From the NCBI GenBank assembly GCA_038816475.1, contig JAWBAI010000001.1:96001-160000 (forward strand): a DNA stretch of 64,000 nt, read 5' to 3'. Below, in pieces: positions 1 through 8,968 of the stretch (positions are counted from its first letter, which is position 1; every line of letters starts with the position of its first letter). The notes under the pieces were generated by a model, which was given only the letters and a program-made list of their open reading frames with translations, was not told where the DNA came from and did no database searches. Source of the stretch: Desulfurococcaceae archaeon (GTDB taxonomy: Archaea > Thermoproteota > Thermoprotei_A > Sulfolobales > Desulfurococcaceae). Made by a program: the position numbers and the translations under genes.

Positions 1-1
1 A

Positions 2-280
2 AAGTATAGTGTAGAGAACAATGTTATGAAGCTATTGGAAACCTATGTTCCTCAGCAGTACAGAGGCAGAGGGTTAGCTAAGCAACTGGTAGAGTACGCG
101 ATTGAAATGGCAAAGAGCAGTGGGCTTGTCATCGAGCCTGTGTGTAGCTATGCGATCTACTACTTCATGAAAAACCCCGAGAAAAGGCATATTTTGCATG
201 AAGCATTCAGTATGCTGAACGACGAAGAATGGCAAAAACTTTACGAGGAAGCGCGAAAGAGGGAAGCGATGAAGGGGTAA
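2..280 (+). CDS. GNAT/YjdJ-type acetyltransferase (5' truncated by window edge)
   Basis: TYVP..RGRGLA acetyl-CoA motif and PVCSY motif; frame is open back to position 2. Confidence 0.8.
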   Translation, partial: KYSVENNVMKLLETYVPQQYRGRGLAKQLVEYAIEMAKSSGLVIEPVCSYAIYYFMKNPEKRHILHEAFSMLNDEEWQKLYEEARKREAMKG

Positions 281-282
281 CG

Positions 283-555
283 TTGAACGTCAAGGTTAAG
301 TACTACTTGTGGCTTACATCGAAGACCGGTGTTACAGAGGACGTGTACGTTCTACCAGATAACGCCTCAATAAAGGATCTGCTAAGGGAAATTGCAAAAA
401 CAAGGCGGGAACTCGGAGATCTCATCGAAAAAGTTCTAGGTGGGAAAAGCGAACTCGTGATACTGTTAAATTCTAAGCATCCGCACAAGGGTCTGGAAAC
501 TCCTCTCCATGACAACGATGTAGTTGAACTACTACCTCCTGTTTCAGGAGGCTGA
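283..555 (+). CDS. MoaD/ThiS/SAMP-family ubiquitin-like sulfur carrier
   Basis: C-terminal LHDNDVVELLPPVSGG; probable TTG start at 283 (ORF track starts at 229). Confidence 0.85.
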   Translation: MNVKVKYYLWLTSKTGVTEDVYVLPDNASIKDLLREIAKTRRELGDLIEKVLGGKSELVILLNSKHPHKGLETPLHDNDVVELLPPVSGG

Positions 556-595
556 ATTGATTTTAAACCCCTACGACTAATAGTTTTAAAGAGAA

Positions 596-696
596 GCCGC
601 CGTAGCTCAGCCCGGTAGAGCGCCGGCCTTGTAAGCTTGGGTCTTTAGGCCCGTTAAGATAGCCGGTGGACGCGGGTTCAAATCCCGCCGGCGGCT
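596..696 (+). tRNA. tRNA-Thr(TGT) with 27-nt intron at 37/38 (634-660)
   Basis: GCCGCCG acceptor stem, CCGGC/GCCGG anticodon stem, TGT at 630-632, GGTTCAAATCC T-arm; BHB helix CTTG/TAAG. Confidence 0.93.
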
Positions 697-1868
697 TTGC
701 TCTGATCGGTGACTTCTTCGTTGCTCAATTTGATGTTTTCGGTGGAACCTTGTTTTTTCTTCAGCTTTCTAACTGCGTACTTGTAGACAGTAACTGGGTT
801 TCTTCCACCTGGGCATTGATCGCTTATAGGGCATAATCCAGATGCTTTGAGATTACTGCATCCATAAGGCATGTACCTTTTCCTACTACCACGCATTCCG
901 AGAATGTGCTCTATCTGGTATCGTGCGATCTTTTCATCGTAATCAGCGGTTTTCCTGAAGTACTCTAGTATTTCGTCTACGGTTAACCCTACCTGACCGA
1001 GGAAAGCAGCTAGTGTAAATCTTTCGAGGTGACTTGGGTTGCTTCCAGTATTTATAGTGTCTATTATTCTTCTGATGCAGGGCGGAAATAGAGATTCTAC
1101 AACTTTTTCCTCGGTTTCAGTAGGGGGTTCTACAGCTGTTGTAGTCTCGGTGTATTCTGGCTTCTTGACTGTTCTGTAGTACTCCTCGAGAACTTTCTCT
1201 TTTACAGTGTTCAAGATCGCGTTAACCTTGTCGGATCGAACTTGTGGTGTGTTTTCCGTGAGCTGAAGTACGTAGTAATATATGTACTCTTCCAACACGC
1301 GCTGATATGTTTGTTTATCAAGGTACACGTGCCCATTTGAGACAATGGTGTTTGTCAATGAGTATGAAGCATCATGCATTAACCTCTTTGCCACTATCTT
1401 AACGTACTCTTCTACTGGAAGAATAAACTTGAGTGGTCTAAACTCGAGCACCTCCTTATCGCCAAGCTTCACGATGCGTGGTATTTTAGGTGGAAAACGT
1501 TCATAGGATACTCTTAGTCCTATCTTAACTCCGAGCATTAGTAGAACTTCCTCATCTTCGTTCTCAAAGAAGCTAGCTGCCGACTTAGCAAACGCTAACG
1601 ATAAACGATTGCTGATCCTCTTATCACCCAGTAACTTTACGAGTTCGAGGAGAGCATGGTAGAGAAGAACGCTCTCCTCGTAGTCTCTGAATACACTAAA
1701 GTCTACTCTACTTTTCTTTACAATGGTGCTTAAAACTTCGATGAGCTTTTCAGCTAAGTGCGAACTACTAGCAACAGCTACGAGGGGGTTTTCTACGAAT
1801 AAGTGTGGAAAATCGCTAGGTACTGCTGCAAAGGGGTACTTTCTGTAGTGATCAAGACTCCACAACAT
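678..1868 (-). CDS. priL: DNA primase large subunit
   Basis: KYPF N-terminus, FPPCI, HLERF, RYQIEHI and Cys-rich Fe-S C-terminal domain. Confidence 0.9.
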   Translation of the reverse strand: MLWSLDHYRKYPFAAVPSDFPHLFVENPLVAVASSSHLAEKLIEVLSTIVKKSRVDFSVFRDYEESVLLYHALLELVKLLGDKRISNRLSLAFAKSAASFFENEDEEVLLMLGVKIGLRVSYERFPPKIPRIVKLGDKEVLEFRPLKFILPVEEYVKIVAKRLMHDASYSLTNTIVSNGHVYLDKQTYQRVLEEYIYYYVLQLTENTPQVRSDKVNAILNTVKEKVLEEYYRTVKKPEYTETTTAVEPPTETEEKVVESLFPPCIRRIIDTINTGSNPSHLERFTLAAFLGQVGLTVDEILEYFRKTADYDEKIARYQIEHILGMRGSRKRYMPYGCSNLKASGLCPISDQCPGGRNPVTVYKYAVRKLKKKQGSTENIKLSNEEVTDQSKAAGGI

Positions 1869-1878
1869 ACGCAGAGAC

Positions 1879-1934
1879 CCTTCAGCGTGATTCGGGCTTA
1901 CTCACCGATCGTCCGATGGCGTATTCATCAACGG
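1879..1934 (-). ncRNA. C/D-box sRNA (candidate)
   Basis: Minus strand: C TTGATGA, 12-nt guide, D' ACGA, C' GTGAGTA, 13-nt guide, D CTGA. Confidence 0.65.
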
Positions 1935-1947
1935 TTACTACTTAAGC

Positions 1948-2016
1948 TCAGGGTCAGCGCTTTGGCCCCACATCACAAATCAGAGTTCCTTCGAGGTCCC
2001 CCCACATCATCCGAGT
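1948..2016 (-). ncRNA. C/D-box sRNA, D guide predicted for tRNA-Gln(UUG) Um34
   Basis: Minus strand: C ATGATGT, D' CTGA, C' GTGATGT, guide GGGGCCAAAGCG, D CTGA; terminal stem CTCGG/CTGAG. Confidence 0.8.
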
Positions 2017-2036
2017 ATGCTATGAGCCTGCTTCCC

Positions 2037-2043
2037 TTATAAA
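2037..2043 (-). promoter_or_regulatory. TATA box for the tandem sRNAs
   Basis: TTTATAA on the minus strand about 26 nt upstream of the C box. Confidence 0.5.
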
Positions 2044-2077
2044 CACGCAATCGTAGTACTTGGCTTCGTTTTCTACT

Positions 2078-2602
2078 CTAGTAGAGCTCGAACTCTATTC
2101 TCTCGTATCCTCTTAGGAAAGTACCGGTTTTAACACAGAAGCTCAGAATTCTTCCCCTATTCAGAAGCGAATAGGGGACATCGAGGTCAGCTCTGATTAC
2201 CCTTGCTCTGGATGGGAAAAACCAGTAGACTCTGTAATCATATTCTGTGGTTTCAGGTTCGTATCTATCTTCGTACACGTTTAACCCCTTACGGAGCACG
2301 CCTTGGAATACTATGAAGAAAGCTATGTAGGGGTGTTTGTAGTCTCCGCGGAAGCTGATCTCGACATCTACAACCTTGGGATACGTGGGCTCGTTGTTTA
2401 GCCTGACATCCTCCTGGTCTAGGAAGTGCTGCATGTTAGTAGCTAACATGCTCTTTTCATTCTCCAGCTTTTCTGGGTCTTTGACAATACTTTTGTATTC
2501 TTCGAGCTCATCGTAGTAATCGAAAATAACCACTTGTTCGACCAGGCCTGTATCTCTGACGAAGAACAGCCCTAAACCATAAACAGGCTTCAAACTTATC
2601 AC
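2078..2602 (-). CDS. hypothetical protein
   Basis: 174-aa ORF translationally coupled to the upstream membrane-wHTH gene. Confidence 0.7.
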   Translation of the reverse strand: MISLKPVYGLGLFFVRDTGLVEQVVIFDYYDELEEYKSIVKDPEKLENEKSMLATNMQHFLDQEDVRLNNEPTYPKVVDVEISFRGDYKHPYIAFFIVFQGVLRKGLNVYEDRYEPETTEYDYRVYWFFPSRARVIRADLDVPYSLLNRGRILSFCVKTGTFLRGYERIEFELY

Positions 2603-3624
2603 CTCTTGCTTGACTCTTCACTCACTATTCTCCTGTACATACTTAGTCCTTTTGGTGTTAGTAGAACATAGTTGTACTTGCCCAAAGTTTTCACTTCGAC
2701 CAAGCCTTCGTTTTGTAAACGACGTATTTTACGGCTAACACTGGATTTCGGTAACCCTGTTCTTCTTGCTAGATCCGACTGAGTGAGACCTTGTTCACCA
2801 GCTTCGCCAAGGGCTTTTATTATGAGCCTTAAAGCGGGATCCTTGTGTGGTTCTATGTATTCAAGAAATAAGCGTGTTCTTTTGAAACGTAAGACATAAA
2901 ATAGAGCTACTGCAACTGCTATCGTGGTAGCGGCGGATACTGCAATTATCAAAGCAGGTTGATTGTATTGAGCCTGAGTTGGTACAACCGGCGCGGTTTC
3001 TAGTGCAGGCTCTAGTTCTAACCTAAAGACTAGTTCTAGCCATGCAAATCCAGAGATCAACACCCTTGTGACATCGCCTTCGATGCTTGTACTTACATCG
3101 GCTTTTCCGTAGATCACAACTCTACTAACATCGTAGACACCTGCTATTATCAGCTCTACGGTTATATCAGAGGCGATATTCCGTAGGGTAGTAGTATCCA
3201 GCGATACCGTATACGTCATGGGGAGTTCTTCTTCGAAAAGATCCCTAACATGGAATAAGGCTTCGAACGTCCCTCTGCCGTTGATTAGGACTACTAGATA
3301 ACCTGTTTCATGGTTGAAATCAGACCCTAGTACTCGTAGTCCTGGTGAAGCAGTGTAGTTCAGGTACTCGAACCAACCTTTCTCGGTTACTATTAATGGA
3401 ACAGTTAAATTGTACACGTCTTCACCTGTATCAACGTAAAACCTGATGATCATTAAGCCCTCGTTACTCATGGGGTCGTAAAATACCACGTAGGTTATCT
3501 TATCCGTGATAACGCTTTGCGCGTTGGAACCTGTAATGTAAAGTGATAGAAGTAGTGTTGCAACTACAGCAATGATGAACCCAGCACAGCGTTTTTTCGC
3601 TGAGAAGCACATGTAAATACCCAT
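2599..3624 (-). CDS. Membrane protein with extracellular domain, TM helix and C-terminal winged HTH (COG2512-like)
   Basis: N-terminal hydrophobic signal, TM ALIIAVSAATTIAVAVALFYVL, then LTQSDLARRTGLPKSSVSRKIRRLQNEGLV. Confidence 0.8.
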   Translation of the reverse strand: MGIYMCFSAKKRCAGFIIAVVATLLLSLYITGSNAQSVITDKITYVVFYDPMSNEGLMIIRFYVDTGEDVYNLTVPLIVTEKGWFEYLNYTASPGLRVLGSDFNHETGYLVVLINGRGTFEALFHVRDLFEEELPMTYTVSLDTTTLRNIASDITVELIIAGVYDVSRVVIYGKADVSTSIEGDVTRVLISGFAWLELVFRLELEPALETAPVVPTQAQYNQPALIIAVSAATTIAVAVALFYVLRFKRTRLFLEYIEPHKDPALRLIIKALGEAGEQGLTQSDLARRTGLPKSSVSRKIRRLQNEGLVEVKTLGKYNYVLLTPKGLSMYRRIVSEESSKR

Positions 3625-3690
3625 ATAAGCAAACCTTCATTTCATTGTAATAGTAGTAAGGTTTTATTTAAACTACTGAAGGTTGAGAAG

Positions 3691-4329
3691 TTGTGGATGT
3701 ACAAGGAGCTATACAGCTGTCCTCTTGTTATTCACCTGTACAGGTTTGAGTACAAGGATTTAAAGGGTTGCACGGTTCTACCGGTGATGAACTATAGAGT
3801 GAGCATTCTCGTGGACCACGATGGAGGTATTCGCGTTGTATCGAACATACCCTTCGAATCTTGGAAAAAACGCGTAAAGAAAATATGCATGATGATACTA
3901 CAGGGCAGAATACACGAGCTGGATCGACTAGAGAAGGTAGAAGCTTTTGCTATGTTTTACGGAGGAATAGGTAGCTACGCATGGTCAGAGAATGAACTGT
4001 ACACTGTGTTGTTGGATTTTGTGAACCGAGCTAAGGTGTGTTTTTACATTCAACCGCGAGATTTTGCGGAAAACGTTCAGTGGCTGGATCTCAGGGATGT
4101 TGTACTGAGCCATTTAGCATTTAGAGAGGGGTTGATTAATCTACTTAAGCAAACATGCAAATCTATGGACATAGAAGGTTTCTTGTGCGGATTTGAGACG
4201 AGCCATGGTTATCTCTACGTGACAGGTAGACCCATTAAAGAGATTCACGGACTACTACGCATTGTTCCTGATAATGCTCCGTTAAGGCATGTTGTATCAT
4301 TCATGGAACTTACTGACCGGTTCCAGTAA
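3691..4329 (+). CDS. hypothetical protein
   Basis: 212-aa ORF filling the gap between neighbours; no motif recognised. Confidence 0.65.
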   Translation: MWMYKELYSCPLVIHLYRFEYKDLKGCTVLPVMNYRVSILVDHDGGIRVVSNIPFESWKKRVKKICMMILQGRIHELDRLEKVEAFAMFYGGIGSYAWSENELYTVLLDFVNRAKVCFYIQPRDFAENVQWLDLRDVVLSHLAFREGLINLLKQTCKSMDIEGFLCGFETSHGYLYVTGRPIKEIHGLLRIVPDNAPLRHVVSFMELTDRFQ

Positions 4330-4852
4330 CACTGCAGACGATGTCTAGCGCTTTTTCGAGTGCTTCTACAGGGTCCAAGCCTTTGTTAAATATCATGTCG
4401 TAGATGAGAGCGTAGTGTTCTCTGACTTCAACGAGATAGTACTTGAGATCAGCCCATGGGGGATCAGAGGGAGAGCCTTTGCCTAATCCTGGGCACCTTG
4501 TTGATAGCTCTAGTACTGTCTCCTTAGTGGGTGACACCGGTATAAATGGGTAGAGACGACACCTCATAGGTCTTGCCGGGTAAATCGTGCATGTCGGTAA
4601 GCCATTAACGGTCTTCAGGAACACACACTTGTCGTTTACACCCTGTAGCACTAGTATAGGAATGTAGTCTGCTATGATGGCGTAAAAACCTCTTCCAATG
4701 AGCTCTCTCCAGTTCTTGTTTAGGAACCTGGCTATTCTACATGCATCGAAAATCGTTAAAGCTACATTGGGTCCACTACTACAGCATTTACCACACCGTA
4801 CACACATAAAATTTACTCTTTGACCCTGGTTGATGTACGGATTATTCAACAC
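4310..4852 (-). CDS. YkgJ-family Cys-cluster (Zn/Fe-chelating) protein
   Basis: CxxCGxCC...CVFL...CTIYPARPMRCRLYPF. Confidence 0.85.
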   Translation of the reverse strand: MLNNPYINQGQRVNFMCVRCGKCCSSGPNVALTIFDACRIARFLNKNWRELIGRGFYAIIADYIPILVLQGVNDKCVFLKTVNGLPTCTIYPARPMRCRLYPFIPVSPTKETVLELSTRCPGLGKGSPSDPPWADLKYYLVEVREHYALIYDMIFNKGLDPVEALEKALDIVCSVTGTGQ

Positions 4853-5007
4853 CCATCACTTCGACTCCACGCTGATGATTCTTTTGAAAATTACTCACAA
4901 GCGATATCACTTAGAGTTTGTCTTGTACAGTGATTTATAGCTTACTATAAAAATGAGTTGCTCAAAGAAATATACAGTTTAATTGCAGAAAGCACTTAAC
5001 TGGTGGT

Positions 5008-5832
5008 TTGTTGCGAATCGATATGGTCTACGATGCGAGCGACTACAAGTACATAGGTTCTGATAAGGTGTCCTCCATAGGCTTAGGAACCTACGGTATT
5101 AGATCTTACAGTCAAGCTCTGAAAGCAATGATCTACGCGATTACGCAGGGTATAAACCTGATCGATACAGCTGAGATGTACGATGGTGGAAGAGCTGAAG
5201 AGCTTGTAGGTAGAGTAATCAAGGAGGTGGGAAGGGACAGCGTCTTCATAACAACAAAAATGCTCCCGGAGAGGCTCAACGACCCAGAGAAGATAATTAG
5301 AGCTGCAGAGGGTTCTCTAAGAAGATTAGGTGTTAAATATGTAGATCTTTTCCTAATACACTGGCCTAGTGGGAATCTGAGCATAGAAAAGCAGGTACAG
5401 AACTTTGAGTTGGTTGCTGAAAGGGGTTTCACAAGATACATCGGTGTAAGCAACTTCGATGCATCAGAGCTCCAAATAGCAATGCATTCGACTAGGAAGC
5501 ACGAGATAGTTGCAAACCAGGTTCACTACAGTGTTATAAACAGGCATCGCGTTGAAAAAGAGCTTCTTCCACTCTGCATACAGTACAGAGTTACTATTCA
5601 AGCTTATACTCCGCTGGAGAGGGGAGCAGTAGCGTATAATCCCGTTGTTGTCTCAGTAGCAAGTAAGTATGGTAAAACGCCTATTCAGGCTGCGTTGAAC
5701 TACCTAATAAGCCATAAGAACGTAGTTGCAATACCAAAATCTGAGCGGGTGGAGCATGTGAAAGAGATACTGGGCTCCACGGGTTGGAGACTTGGGCTTG
5801 AAGACCTGGAGTACATTAAGATGCACGCTTAG
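5008..5832 (+). CDS. Aldo/keto reductase
   Basis: IGLGT, IDTAEMY, DLFLIHWP, IGVSNF and IPKS motifs. Confidence 0.92.
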   Translation: MLRIDMVYDASDYKYIGSDKVSSIGLGTYGIRSYSQALKAMIYAITQGINLIDTAEMYDGGRAEELVGRVIKEVGRDSVFITTKMLPERLNDPEKIIRAAEGSLRRLGVKYVDLFLIHWPSGNLSIEKQVQNFELVAERGFTRYIGVSNFDASELQIAMHSTRKHEIVANQVHYSVINRHRVEKELLPLCIQYRVTIQAYTPLERGAVAYNPVVVSVASKYGKTPIQAALNYLISHKNVVAIPKSERVEHVKEILGSTGWRLGLEDLEYIKMHA

Positions 5833-6947
5833 TAGGCATTACCGAGCAGGAAAACGTTTTCTATCCAGACGTTTTTAAGTCCGTTCTCTCTCGCGATCTT
5901 CAATGCTTTTTCAGCGTGATTCCAGCTCGTTGTAGGTAGGTCTATCAGCATGTAATCTGGGTGGAATCCAAGGAGTATGTACGGAATCTCAGGATTTATG
6001 CTTGCTATGTACCTCGTTATTTGATCCACCTCGTATTCATCAACGTAACCTGGTACTAGAAGCGTTGAAACAACGAGTATAGGGGGTTCTTGCCTGGCCT
6101 TTGTGTACTTTGCAACTAACTTGATGTTATCCCTGATAATTCTCACGTGTTTTTCCTCAATACCGCATAGAACACTGTAAACCTCTGGACTCCAAGCTTT
6201 AAAGTCTATTTTGACTATGCCACCTGTTACTAGGCTAAGCTCGGCAGCCTTCTCCAGTAGTATAGGGTTCCACAAGCCGTTTGTTTCCCAGCATACTCTA
6301 AAAACGCGTAAACCAATACTCTTAGCGCGTTCAATCATCATCCTGGAGGAGATTATAGCATGGGGAGCGAAAGGACCCGGATCTCCGCCAAAGTAGCATA
6401 CACACGTGGTTCTCTGGTTAACAGCTGATACGAGGTCGCTTATTGAGAGAACAGGCTTTGCTTTGTAAGCCATTTCTCTATACTCCCAATTTTGGCAGTA
6501 AAGGCAGTCCAAGTTGCATCCACCATAGAAAACGGCTATGTTGTAGTATCCTCTTTCCCCCCTGGGGTGGAGCGCGTAATGAGGATATCCGAGCCCCGTG
6601 GCAGCTGGACATACAGGAAGTGCAACGCAGTTGGTTGGATGTGGATCGTAGTAGTACATGCCTACAGCTCTGTCTGGTGCTAGCGTGGAAACAGAAATTT
6701 TTCCTTCACGATTGACTCTGTAACCGCAGAAACCACGTGAATTTATAGGTATTGTGCACTCTCTGCCGCAAACCTTACACTTATAGCCATCTTCAATGAT
6801 GAACTCTACGGGAAGCTTAAACCTTGATCGAGACTCCATATGCGGATCTCTATGCGGTTTTAGACCTCTTCGCACGCAGGAAACACATAAACCCACAATG
6901 TCGCTCACTGTAGTACTACGAATATTACAGCTCCTGCATGTACCCAT
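5829..6947 (-). CDS. Radical SAM protein (PFL-activating enzyme-like)
   Basis: GCNLDCLYCQN CxxxCxxC, ETNG, N-terminal Cys clusters. Confidence 0.88.
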   Translation of the reverse strand: MGTCRSCNIRSTTVSDIVGLCVSCVRRGLKPHRDPHMESRSRFKLPVEFIIEDGYKCKVCGRECTIPINSRGFCGYRVNREGKISVSTLAPDRAVGMYYYDPHPTNCVALPVCPAATGLGYPHYALHPRGERGYYNIAVFYGGCNLDCLYCQNWEYREMAYKAKPVLSISDLVSAVNQRTTCVCYFGGDPGPFAPHAIISSRMMIERAKSIGLRVFRVCWETNGLWNPILLEKAAELSLVTGGIVKIDFKAWSPEVYSVLCGIEEKHVRIIRDNIKLVAKYTKARQEPPILVVSTLLVPGYVDEYEVDQITRYIASINPEIPYILLGFHPDYMLIDLPTTSWNHAEKALKIARENGLKNVWIENVFLLGNAY

Positions 6948-7031
6948 TACTACACCGACTTACTGTTTCTCATATCACCCTAATTTGAGAATCGAATAGT
7001 GTAACTTATTAATAGGGTTTATACCTATTCA

Positions 7032-7574
7032 TTGTTCATGGTGCTGAACTTGGGGAATAATTCGCTGAGAAATCCGAAGACCATTGCTATCTTAAAAGAA
7101 CTTGCTAGAAATCCACGTGTAAGCATAAGATTCTTATCACTGAAACTAGGCATAAACTACTTAACAGCTAGACATAGAGTACTTTCGTTACTAAGAAAGA
7201 ACAAGATATCTTTTGGTTTACTGGTTTCAGCTGATATAGTAGGTAGGGAAGTTGCACTTGTACGTATTAAAACAGATAACCCGGATTACCTAAGCGCGGC
7301 GCTCTCAAGCTGTGCTAGGGTTCTACTAACCATAAGAACAGGTAATGATGAAGTCCTAGTTATCATGAGAGGTCGTAGTAAGCATGAAATATCCTTCATA
7401 GTGGAGTCCTTGAGGAAAAATCTTGGAGAAAGCATAAGAGAATTCTCCATAGACTATGGTGCTTTACATCAAGATGCACTTGTGATTTACAAAAGCAATC
7501 ACGTTATTGACAACAATGGAGAACTGGATTGCGACCCCGAGCACATGTGCGAGAACTGCATAAGATTAGCATAG
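7032..7574 (+). CDS. Lrp/AsnC-family transcriptional regulator
   Basis: ILKELARNPRVSIRFLS HTH plus RAM-like domain and Cys-rich tail. Confidence 0.72.
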   Translation: MFMVLNLGNNSLRNPKTIAILKELARNPRVSIRFLSLKLGINYLTARHRVLSLLRKNKISFGLLVSADIVGREVALVRIKTDNPDYLSAALSSCARVLLTIRTGNDEVLVIMRGRSKHEISFIVESLRKNLGESIREFSIDYGALHQDALVIYKSNHVIDNNGELDCDPEHMCENCIRLA

Positions 7575-7921
7575 TCGAGAGTTCAGGATTTAGATCGTCT
7601 CCAGGATTGTTTAGTTTTTTAGTTTTCTGATTATCCGAGTTGTTTAGGGAATCAACGCGAAGGTATGTAGGAGCACCCGGTGTTCAGTACTCGGGCAGCA
7701 ACATTCGCGAATTCGAGTCTAGTAGTATTTTATTGACCTAATCTTGTTCTCTCGAATTGATCACAGGGATTAATTGCTTCGGCTTTTACAATGTATCTCC
7801 GACCTTTTAACGATGGAGGCTTGAGGAAAGCACCTCTATTCCTTGAGTCTACGATCCCTCATCAAAGAGGCTTCAGCGTGCTATTACATGTTTGGAAAGC
7901 GTTTTGTGAAATCTTCCATTT

Positions 7922-8242
7922 TTACGAATCTGGAATCTCGAAGCATTTACTCAATGATGTTTTGCAGCTTTGTTCGATGGAATACAAATGTTGTAGTAAG
8001 TCCGAGAGGACCTTAGCGGTGTTCTCATATTCTGGGTTATCCCTGATTTTGTTGACAAATCTTGTAACTTGTATCCTCTTATTTGATAAAACCTTTACTA
8101 TTACACCGATCTTCTTCCAACCCTCGCTGTTAAGGTATCCCTTTGAAAAGTATTCGTGTGAGCTTTCTAGTAGGTCCTTTATAAGGTTTTCAACATACGA
8201 TATAGTCTTACATAAGTTACTGTCCACTTGTGTGTTAAGCAT
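7922..8242 (-). CDS. hypothetical protein
   Basis: 106-aa helical ORF directly downstream of adk on the same strand. Confidence 0.45.
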   Translation of the reverse strand: MLNTQVDSNLCKTISYVENLIKDLLESSHEYFSKGYLNSEGWKKIGVIVKVLSNKRIQVTRFVNKIRDNPEYENTAKVLSDLLQHLYSIEQSCKTSLSKCFEIPDS

Positions 8243-8261
8243 TCACATAAACCCTTAATTG

Positions 8262-8936
8262 TTACATGTAAACTTCTCTGCAAGGTTTCAATTTCAGTAT
8301 ACCTGATTCTACTAGTACTTTCTCGAGGACAGGCAGGACTTCTTTGAGAGATTTGTCAGCATTTACTTCAAGTAGTCTTCTGGTCTGCTTATAGTAGTTT
8401 ATTACGGGTTTAAGGGTTTCGTAGAACACTCTATACCTCTCCTTTACTACGTTTGGGTCATCATCTTTTCTCCTAATCAATCTAGCATTATCGTAATCGC
8501 ACAGTTCATCGTTCTTCGGTTTAGGCTCGTAGTATATATTGTAAACTCTGCCGCATACAGGACATACTCGTCTTCCCCCGAGTCTTCTCACAGCAACCTC
8601 CTCTGATACCACGAGATGTACAACAACGTCGATTTTAGCAATCTCGTCGAGCGCTTTAGCTTGTTCAAGTGTTCTCGGGAAACCGTCGAGTATGAATCCA
8701 TTTACCGTATCTGGCTGATTAATTCTTTTCTTCACAACATCCACGACGATATCGTCTGGAACAAGCAGACCCTGTTCAACGTAGTGCTTTATTTTCTTAC
8801 CGAGCTCGCTTTCCTTAGCTATCTCCTCCCTGAAAATATCACCTGTACTGATGTGTGGTACACAGTATTTATCCCTGAAGTACTGAGCGTATACACCTTT
8901 ACCAGCTCCTGGGGCTCCTATCAGGACTATTCTCAC
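8262..8936 (-). CDS. adk: Adenylate kinase, bacterial-type with Zn-binding LID
   Basis: GAPGAGKG, HISTGDIFR, LDGFPRT, CPVC..CDYD LID. Confidence 0.93.
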   Translation of the reverse strand: MRIVLIGAPGAGKGVYAQYFRDKYCVPHISTGDIFREEIAKESELGKKIKHYVEQGLLVPDDIVVDVVKKRINQPDTVNGFILDGFPRTLEQAKALDEIAKIDVVVHLVVSEEVAVRRLGGRRVCPVCGRVYNIYYEPKPKNDELCDYDNARLIRRKDDDPNVVKERYRVFYETLKPVINYYKQTRRLLEVNADKSLKEVLPVLEKVLVESGILKLKPCREVYM

Positions 8937-8968
8937 CTAAGACACCTTCATGAATTTCCATTGAGAGC

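Noticed and set aside
1803-2042. 79-aa + ORF
   Set aside because: Overlaps priL and is antisense to the two C/D sRNAs
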